DNA of 64,000 nucleotides, from NCBI RefSeq assembly GCF_037042905.1, contig NC_087251.1:8186001-8250000 (forward strand), given 5' to 3'. This document shows positions 54,601-64,000 of this stretch, in pieces (position 1 is the first letter of the stretch; each line of letters begins with the position of its first letter). Under the pieces are notes generated by a model that ran no database searches, was not told the DNA's origin, and was given only the letters and a program-made list of their open reading frames with translations. The translations under genes and the position numbers were made by a program. This DNA comes from Lytechinus pictus. Its lineage: Eukaryota.

Positions 54601-57600
54601 TTGCAGTTTGGATCTGATGAAGCTGCTTATCATGTTATTGTTGAACTTTATGACAGGGTAAGCTTAAAATTAAGGGGCAAGTCAACCCTGGTATGCTTTT
54701 TGTCTTGCCTGAACAAAGTTCGGCAGAGACTTAGTGATTAATTTTGCCTGTTAGTCTTTTGCAAAAATGTTATAATTTTTGTTCAACTTACTCTCATTTC
54801 TTTATTTCTGCATCAAGTTCATACTTGGTACATATGATCCTTGGGTAATACCACATGTGTGTCCATGAGGATGATAGGGTCAAATTTTCAAATTATGTGA
54901 GGTCATGTACATCTTTGTTTGAAGTTTTATTCAATTTACAGTACTGTATTATGTAGTATTCTTGATAATGGAAAAGCTTGGTACAACAGATTTAGTGGGA
55001 AATATATATTTCTAATAGAAAAGTGTTATAGTGTCAACATCTATTATTTTTTAATATTTGAATATTCATCCATCGATCCTTTGTGAATTCAAAATGACTA
55101 GATAAACATTTATACTGGATGAGGGGCTAAAGGTATTTCATTTCTATGCACACAGGGAAATGTTGCATTGACAGATCATGAGTATACAATCTTGACCCTT
55201 CTAAGGACCCGAAAGGATAGTGATGATGTTAGGTTTGCAGTCAGAGAAAGATATCCTGTAGACACAGCTAGACAGCCAGATCCTATTCCTCCATTAGAGA
55301 GGTAAGATATTCCCATACATTAACAAGATTTTTAGATACTTTGATTGTATTACATGGGTGCTCCAATGTGTAGAAATGGTGGTCAATTGGTAACATGCTT
55401 AGATTATTTGCCCCTATTCACAAAGATGGTTTTGTATCAATGGACCAAAACCATGCTTAAGCAGATTTCCTGCATTTATCTCACTTAATCAGTGCTTGGC
55501 CTATATTGAGAAATAGTCCAATGCTCTTCTATAACAGTGAGCTGGATGCTATGTTCTGACTTTATGTCAATTTACAGTGGACTCTTTAATGCTAAAAACA
55601 AAGCAACAAGCATAAATTTAAACTCTTTCTCAAAATTTGTGCATGCGAATGTTAATATAGTTAGTGTAGAGAATGAGATATTTAGAATAAATCAGCTATA
55701 AAGTGCAGAGATGTCTGTCTCTTGGTCAAGAATCCTTATTTTTAAGCCTGAGTCGAATCGATTTTAAAATCGGTGTTCGATCGATGTCATCGAACGCCGA
55801 TGCAGATTTTGCAAAATCGGTGCATCGAAAAAAAAAAAAAATACGTTGGCCGGCCGATTCATTTGGTTCACACAATCAAACATCAAAATAAACAATAATA
55901 TCCGTCTCGACTACTACTTACTTCATTTATATTGCCCCCAAAATGAAACGGATTGTGTAATTATGATGCCTATTCACCATTAATTTGAAGTTTATTTCGA
56001 TCATAGTTCGAGTCTTACTCGTCTGCACGGCTCGTCTGCTCGTGCCGAGATAATTTATGCACGATGAATTTATGAATGGAAGTCGCCATTGATCGTGCAT
56101 GCGCAGTACTGTGCTTTAATCAAATCAGAAAATGGCCGGAAAATGGATGCGATCAACGTATAAAAGTAAATCTTGCTTTCATGAACAATATTAATATCAT
56201 GACCATAGAACATGATTTAATCGTAATATTTAACAATAATTTGCATATGATAATCATTAATATGAATTTAGAGCTTGATGTGAAACGTTTGTATTTCGTT
56301 TCAATTTTCAATGGCGGACATCACGTGACGATCGACTTGAGTGAGTGGAATCGCACTTGTCTAAAAAAATAATTACACGTCAGGATTGATTATCGAACAT
56401 TGTCAACATGTAGAAACTCTTTTGATGATCGTAATATCACCATATAATAATATTTTACATGACACAACAGAGAAAAATTACATTTGATATTTTTTCCCAT
56501 CAATTTGAAGCTTGTTTGTGCCCAACTTTGGGCTCTGATTTCATGAATGGAAAATATGTCAGACGTCATCGAACGCGCATGCGCATTGTGCTTCTTTTCT
56601 CGGAGCTCGGAGACGTCCAGAGATGGAATAAAAAATAAAAATAATGCCAGTATAATACTATTAATTCTTCCATATGAACATAACATACTTTGCTGACATC
56701 GTCAATATTTTTAGTATGGCCATAAAATCTTATTAAATCGTAATTATTTTACATCCAATAATAATTTATATGAAGTTAGAGCTCGATCCGAGACATTCGT
56801 ATTTATTTCGATCACAAGCTCTTGTGTCTAAAATAAATGGATTATCATTATTAGGATTAAGTCTCGAACATCGTCAGAACTCATATTTCCAATCTTTCCT
56901 CACAATCGTTATATATCAGCATTGAATACCAATTCAAATGACCATCCAGAGAAAATTACGTATTTATTTCCATCAATTTATTTGGAGCTAATTTTGGATC
57001 CAACTACCCCGCCAACTACACAATCTCAGGCAAGTTACAGCGCTCTCCCCGCTGTTTGCACTTGTTAGATGGCGCTGGCAAGCATGCCTGTCGTTTCGGG
57101 AGAGTGAGTGAACGGGGCTGCGGACGGGGCTGGTCTGTGCGAGGCTGGACTGCGAATGCTAGTTGACCGAAAATCATTCGGATCGACTCTGCGTGATTCA
57201 TGTCTTTAATATTGTTTCATTTTAAACTTATATGTTATCATCTGCAAATATCATTGTTGAAGATATTTTGGGAAGAATTCTGCATTGCCCCCGGCCTTTT
57301 TTGTGTTTTGTGATCATGGAAAATACAAACGAACTTTGCTCTGTCATCTGCTTTTGCAACGCTCACCCGGCGCGGCCAGCGCAGCCAGCGCAGACCGTCA
57401 GTGCATGTAGTGCATGCATAGCGCATGCATCGACGGCCGGCCGGAGCAAAAAAAATGACTAGATTTTCCCCGCCTTCAAATTTCGATGCATCGATGTTCG
57501 ATCGAATTAAAGCTGTCGAACACCGGTTTTCAAAATAATCGATATGACTCAGGCTTACTTATTTTTTCAATTGATATCCTTTGGAATTCTTGGTTTTAGG

Positions 57601-60600
57601 ATGATCTACCAGAAGGGTTATAGTTTTATGAATTAACAGAGAGCAAGAAAAAACATTTTTTATCAGATAAAAGGGGCAAGTAACATTGGTAATTTGCAGG
57701 AAAGAGGCCCTTGCATAAATGGATAGATTGGAAACCATTCAAGGTTATGATTGAGTCATATCAATGGATTAGCAATTGGTATAGGTTTTCCTTATTCAAG
57801 TTCGTAAATTTATGGGATAATTTTTTTTAAACGGCTCAGTGAAATACCCTTTCTTCATTCTAAAATCTTGTAATTCATTCTTCCCTTTCTGTACTTTCTC
57901 TGTATATCCCCTCCATGTCTTTGATTCCAGGATTCAAGAGATCTTAGCTGCAGGAAAACCAGGGGATAACATCAGGAAACTACTCAATCCTCATTTTAGT
58001 AAGTTAAGAATAATTGATCAACTTGATCAACAATTATTTGATCAGTTGATCTATGATTTTTATTTGGGTAGAGATCAGCCTCGCCTATATATACTTGTCT
58101 GAGATAGGTCTTGAAAAAAGTTGATTTTTCTTGTGTAATACCAACCATAGAACAATAGAAGGCAATACATATTTCATAGTGTTTAGATCGTGAGCTTAAA
58201 CACAGTATCCCCAGATAATGTTGACTTGGAGTACTCAATTTCAAACTGTGATTATGGCTTAACCTTCCAATCTTATGGATGGTATTCTTCATATACTTGT
58301 GTCATTCAGTGTAAGAACTTTGTGAACAGTGTCAATGCACTCTTCAGAGCCCTGTATCATGAGACTTATCATCAATGGCAAGTTAGAAGTTATTGCTATT
58401 TACTTCCATTCTGGTACAGTCTGGCTTGCGTTATGCTGTATGGCCCGTATTCAAAAGTCTGGTTTAACTTAGACCATGGTTTAACTCTGTTGTAAAATTA
58501 TGGGTAATCATAAATGTAAAAAAAATAAAAAAAATTGCTGTGCTCTTTCCTGATTCTATAATGTTGAATGCAACTGTCTTATTTAACCTTCCTAGGCAAT
58601 TATGAATAACCCAAGAGTCGAATGAGCTGATACATTGAATCTCTACTGTTTGACATTTTATTTCACAATTGGCTTTCCATAGTTACACCACAACTTTAGA
58701 CCAGAGTTTGAATGAAACCTGACTTCAGAAAATGGGTCATAGTTAGCAGTTAAATACTTAGCAGTTTCTGAAATCATGTCCCTGGATTGGTCGAAAAGAG
58801 CTTTGTCATAGAATTGTAGCACTTATGAATGATAAGTTTTATGAAACAGGACTCAGAATATAATATGAAAATGTTGATAATGTATGATCATTGATTTCAT
58901 TTGTTTTTATTCATACAGTCTTTGGACCTGCCTTGATTGAACACTGCCTTCAGAATCAAGGATTCCCTTCAAATGCTAGAGGAAATAATGGATTTGACAT
59001 CCAGCAAGGTCGGTGTATAACAATTCTTGTGATTTCTTTATTTACATCAAAATATACAACATAAATACCTAAAAATGTGTATTCATTTCTGTCCATATGA
59101 AATATTTATTATTGAAGAGAAGATAATGTGCCTAAAATTCAAAAGACAAAAGATGGTGAACGAAATGGATTGAGAAAAGAATAAAGATAGCAAATAAAGG
59201 ACGTTCCACAGTTATATTTGTTTTGTGCACATCATATCTATGCATATTTTACACTACTGTATGCGCATTGACGTCAAAATAGATGAACAGGTGATTAATC
59301 AGCTATATATCACGTGTGTTATTTTATAAAGCTAATTTGTAGAAAATAGTTCATGAACAAATGTTTTTTAAATACCATTACAATTTCTGAATATTTTACT
59401 TTGAAGTGCTGCAAAGTATAGCGAATATGACCTCGATTTTGAATAAATGGTAGAGTGGTTTGGAATTTTTCCTCACATTAGATACAAAGCATTTGGCACA
59501 TTTTTGGGTGTTTTGAATAGCACACTTGCTGAGTCCAACAAACTGCTGATAGTTTGAAATCGAGCATATGAACCCCTAATTTTTGAAGGGCCAGATGAGC
59601 TTATGCGGTGGCATGGCCTCATCCATCGTCTATTGTCCGTCCACAATTTCAAAATGCTTCATATTTGTCATTTCAAGTCCAATTTCAATTCTGTTTGCTT
59701 TATATGACAGCACTAGGTGGGGGATTCAAAATTTGTACACAGAATTTTGAAACTCATTGAATGTGCTAATTTATGCGCATTTTTCAAAATACACCAAAAA
59801 TGCTCCTCTATTTGTTGACCTATAATGATTTTTTTTGCTTTCATCTGGTAGAGCTTCATGAGGTTCACTAAACTTCTACACAGAATTTTGAAATTTTGAT
59901 TAGAAAGTTATGGTAATTTATGCGAAATTTATTCATAAATCACAGAAAATGCCTCTTCTTTATTTGTTGACCGATTTTGATATTTTTTTCTTCCATCTGG
60001 TATAGCTGCATGAGGTTCACCAAACTTGTACACAGATTTTTAAATATTGACTAGAAAATTATGCTAATTTATGCAAAATTTATTCATAATCACAAAAATA
60101 TGCAACTTCTTTATTTGTTATACAATTTTGATTTTTTTTTCATCCATCTGGTAGAGCTGCATGAGGGTCACCAAACTTCCACAAAGAATTTTGAAATTTT
60201 GACTAGAAAGTTATTTATGCTAATTTATGTGAAATTGATTCATAAATCACAAAATATGCTTTTTCTCCTTCATTTGTTGATCAATTTCAATTTTGTTTGC
60301 TTTGAATATGAAAGCTCTGGGTGGGGATACAAAATTTATACGCAGAATTTCAAAACTCATTAAATATGCTAATTTATGCATGTTTTTCGAATCTCACAAA
60401 AAATGCTTATTTATTTGTTGACTGATTTTGTTTTTTTCTTGTTCCATGTGAGATCTACATGAGGTTCACCAAGGTTCTACACAGAATTTAGAAATTTTGA
60501 CTAGAAAATTATTTATGCTAATTAATACAAAATTTATTCATAAATCACAAAAAAAATGCTTCTTCCCTGTCATTTCTGCATCAATTTCATTTTTGCTTCC

Positions 60601-62245
60601 TCAAATTATTTAGCCAATAAATTCTCTACAGTGTCAACTGGGCTGAAATTAAAAATTGTGTTAAATTTTGTTGCAAGATGGCGGATGAGCTTCAAATCAT
60701 TGATGTGCTAGTTAATGTTTACACCGCTTAAGTAAATCTTCATATACAGACTTGCAAATTTTGGTGAAAATGACATGGATTTTGAATAAAGTGCAGCATT
60801 TAAGTAAGATTTTATATAGAAATTTCAACTTTTTAACCCCAACGTACTGATCTTGTGGGGTCGAAAAATGCCAAATTCTTTTGAATGTGCAATTCTCGAG
60901 AACTTCCAATACGATTAGATTAAAAGCTCAATAGCAAAAAATCAAGCACATGAACCCATGTTATTTTTTTGCATATTTGAAATATTCAGGTGCTAAAGTA
61001 ACTGTGTGCAAACTTTGGTGAAAATGACATGTCCTTAAATAAAACAAGATGAATAAGAAGCAGAATGTTATGAAGTATTTGTCTGTATTTGATACATCCA
61101 TTTAAATTAACTTCAGAGTAATGATACTGACTCCTTACAGATCATAGTTAATGTAGGATTTAAGAGATAGTTTCAGCACTTGTCATCTATTGTAACCCTT
61201 ATGGGGTGTTGCAAGAACTTGTGATCAATTGCAAGTCAATTTTCTTGGTGCTTAAATCAGTCATGTGTCTTGCAATTATTTGCAAATTTGTGATTGATTG
61301 CTAATCTGCTCCTTGAAACAAAGAGTGCGAGCTAATATTGATCTATCAAGTTTATAATTGCAGTGGTATATTTGCAATTGATTGCATATTGTTTCTTGCA
61401 ACACCCCCTTAGTTAAGTAGTCTGTAAAAATGCTGATTTTTAGAAAGATGTTTGTTTATTATCATATACATGCAGACATGTCTCGAGTTATGGCCTCCTT
61501 GTCAGAAGGAGAGCAGTATCTGGAGAAGTCAGGCTCGGAATGCAAGGCAAGATATCTTTTCATATTTTGTTCCCTTTTCTGTGATTTATTAAGGACGTTT
61601 TACATCTACAGTTGTTTGCATCCTGGTTTGCGCGTGTTTCATGCCATGCGCATTGATGTCCCATTGGTAGAATAGGTGATTGATCAGCTTTACATACCAG
61701 CTGATCTTGTCTGCCTTTTAAATATGAATGAAATTAGTTGAAATATTAAGCAGGTCAGTGGAAACATATGTGTGGACCCCAGTTTTATTGATTCTTTCTA
61801 CTTTGTATACTTTTCTCTGCAATTCAAGATGTATGATGAATATGAAATTGTCAGGGTTAAACAAAACATGCGCAGAATCTTTTTGTTTTGTTCATGGAGT
61901 TATGTTGTAGCAGGTTATACAGGTATGCCAATGTTACAAGTTTTGCCAAAAACCATGAACTCACTTGGTCTTCAAAATCTGTTAGGTTGCCAGTATTGTT
62001 GTCATCTATGTCTCTGTAAATCTTTATCAGCCAGTTTGGTTGGTTGGTTGGTTGGCGATGTTTACATGCTCATATTTAAGGAATCACTGTACATGACCAT
62101 TCTCTCTGTCATCTTCTATTGAGTTAATTCTTTATAGAACATAAAGCATTGTAATTTTATATATATCTACCCAGGGCTACATTATTCAAAAGAGAGAAAA
62201 GAAACCCACAGCATCACAAGATGGTGAAGATTCAGAACTATTGAC
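48626..62245 (+). CDS. NEMF: Nuclear export mediator factor / Rqc2 ribosome quality control subunit, 5' part; exons 48626-48684, 54101-54169, 54429-54657, 55156-55301, 57931-57998, 58919-59008, 61476-61546, 62175-62245; continues beyond the window
   Basis: Spliced translation [14 protein letters not shown]...[21 protein letters not shown]...ESGTRMHTT...RKHLKSRRL...[31 protein letters not shown]...FAVRERYP...[10 protein letters not shown]...KGYIIQKRE matches the human NEMF N-terminus. Phases agree. Intron 7 is GC-AG. Confidence 0.95.
49267..49948. mobile_element. hAT-like MITE in NEMF intron 1
   Basis: TIR tagggtgtctg / cagacacccta flanked by tacttac direct repeats. Confidence 0.65.
50957..51551. 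mobile_element. Kolobok-like MITE; a related fragment at ~30441
   Basis: TTAA TSD at 50953-50956 and 51552-51555; TIR aggggaatc / gattcccct. Confidence 0.8.
52790..53952 (+). mobile_element. HINE-type element, family B, with an internal insertion at ~52960-53350
   Basis: T-run followed by sub-TIR gtctcgcccac, and gtgggcgagac near the 3' end; tccg microsatellite; ~160-bp aaggtca-rich tandem units. Confidence 0.75.
55743..57557. mobile_element. hAT-like non-autonomous element in NEMF intron 4
   Basis: TIR taagcctgagtc / gactcaggctta; 8-bp TSD CTTATTTT at 55735-55742 and 57558-57565; many subterminal tcga motifs. Confidence 0.88.
59580..60712 (+). mobile_element. HINE-type element, family C, with ~120-150-bp tandem units
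   Basis: gggccagatgagctt head, repeated catgaggttcaccaaactt...cacagaattttgaaa units, and a gatgagctt...gctagtt end. Confidence 0.6.
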
Positions 62246-63039
62246 GTAAGTATTTGATTTATCAATGATACTGACATTATATCTGAAAGAAAATGATTTC
62301 TTTGTGGTTTTCAAAGTATAATAGTTTAATATGTTGGTCATCGTTGTGCAACTTTTGAGTTGATGATGATCACTCATTTTCAGACAAATCTCAATCCCTA
62401 AGAATTTTTATACAAATTTTCTGATATATCGCTATGTTAGGCATGTCCACTCGAGAACATGAAATTAACTGTGATATATGTATATCTAACAGCATGCAAG
62501 CCACAGCAAGTCATTTGTACATTAACACTAAACTTGGATTTTGGCATCAGCTGATCTTTATTTTGATTTGATTCGCTTCATTTATTTATTCATGGTAAAA
62601 GCCCTATTCAGGTGCTAGGCTGTTTTACAAAGGGGCCATGCAAACGAACAAAAAAAACTCTTACATATGACAATGAAAATATACATGATATACAGAGATA
62701 AATGAAATAGAGTTACCAATAACACAATGAACAAACAAATTATATAGAAATAGAATAAATTTATGCACATGTATGTAAATTCAAGATATAAAATGGATAA
62801 GGAAGTGAGAATAAAAGGGGAATAGTTGACCGAGCCATATAAACTACATGGTTATCGGTATGATTGAAAGTATTCAAAGTGATAAAAAAATGGAATTAAA
62901 TTAAATATTTGAGAAATTGATTTGTTATGTAACTTCAAAGTAAACAGGGTATTTTTGTACAGACTCAAATAAAAGAAACATTTAGTTAGAAAGGTAGAAA
63001 AACAAATTGTGAGTAATTTAAGACATATTCTGGAAAAAA

Positions 63040-63810
63040 TAGTGGACATTCCAGTCTAATGCATAGAAATCATTTTCATTAAAATTCTTGTAACTTCTGT
63101 AGGTTCTGTAAACGTGGACTGTTTTGATAGCGAATATTTGGTCTTTCCCCAGATGAAATAAACAAATGAATGGTCACTAGTACCAATATGCATAACATTA
63201 CTTACAGCAATGTTGTATAATTTTTTGTAAAAATTAAGTTGATCATTGTTGATGTATCAGGAGTGATTCTTCTTTTCAATGATCTGTACTAAAGGAAAGT
63301 AGTCACACATTAATTTTTATTTATTAGTGTAACAATTATCATAGTCTCTTGCAAGGTAATAACAGTTGAAATCATGTAGAGAAAATTATACATGTATCTT
63401 TGTTTTCGTAATCTGCTTTCATTAAGATCACTTCAACAGTATCAAATAAAACAATATTAGAATTAGGCAGTCTGGACCAGGCAATACCTATTATTGGTGA
63501 TGATTTAGGTTGCATTACTTCAGTGTCAACGACATGACTTCATCCATTATCAAGTCTTACCTCAATTTATGGCTCAATCTTTTCTCATTTACTTAAATCA
63601 ATACTCCGCGAATATTATGATCTTTCTTGTAGACAACATAGTCCTCAATAGTATTCTGCCATCAAATATTTTTCCCACAAATGATGAGTTTCATTTAGTG
63701 CCAACACGTCGAATCCAGGCTCCTGCACAGTAACTTCCACTTCATCAAGATTCGGGAGAAGTGACCTTATGTTATGATGTGCTATTCTAAGACCACTTTT
63801 ATTCTTGATT
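63040..63810 (-). pseudogene. Degraded CR1/L2 LINE ORF2 APE-endonuclease region
   Basis: Minus strand reads SGLRIAHHNIRSLLPNLDEV...FDVLALNET...YKKD, later DFNC and RSYKNFN, with frameshifts and stops. Confidence 0.7.
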
Positions 63811-64000
63811 TTCATATTGTTATTTAAAAATAGTATGCTGATTTATGCACATCTTCATCACCGTGTCTTACTGGTTGGTGAAGAATTAATCTTCATGATT
63901 ATTATTTTCTGATAATAGGTCATCTTTAATAATAGGATCATCTTGTGAGCCAATTGAGGTTCTCACAAATTTTTTTTTTAGAACTACAAATAATTTCATC

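Noticed and set aside
10769..62245. Functional gene cluster linking MRPL33, NEMF, TAF6L and APMAP
   Set aside because: The products act in different compartments and pathways; nothing in the sequence supports co-function beyond adjacency.

Overview
AT-rich, intron-rich animal genomic DNA. The repeat landscape looks like an invertebrate deuterostome, probably an echinoderm/sea urchin (inference only). Four spliced protein-coding genes were rebuilt by hand from splice sites and homology: TAF6L (first coding exon only, - strand), MRPL33 (complete, 4 coding exons, 63 aa, +), APMAP (complete, 9 coding exons, 418 aa, -) and NEMF (first 8 exons, +, continues past the window). Most ORFs in the supplied track are spurious. 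The rest is largely transposon-derived: Helentron/HINE-type elements with internal tandem arrays, hAT-, Harbinger-, Kolobok- and EnSpm-like MITEs with readable TSDs, CR1/L2 and Tx1-like LINE fragments, and a tRNA-derived SINE. Most notable: (1) a 1.64-kb P/hAT-like element with perfect 56-bp TIRs and an 8-bp TSD sits between the head-to-head TAF6L and MRPL33 genes, 26 nt from the TAF6L ATG; (2) a near-identical ~4.5-kb tandem duplication in TAF6L intron sequence, with both breakpoints inside MITEs; (3) two GC-AG introns and a 13-nt microexon; (4) a possible antisense exon/promoter in NEMF intron 1. I see no prokaryotic systems and no convincing novel coding system.
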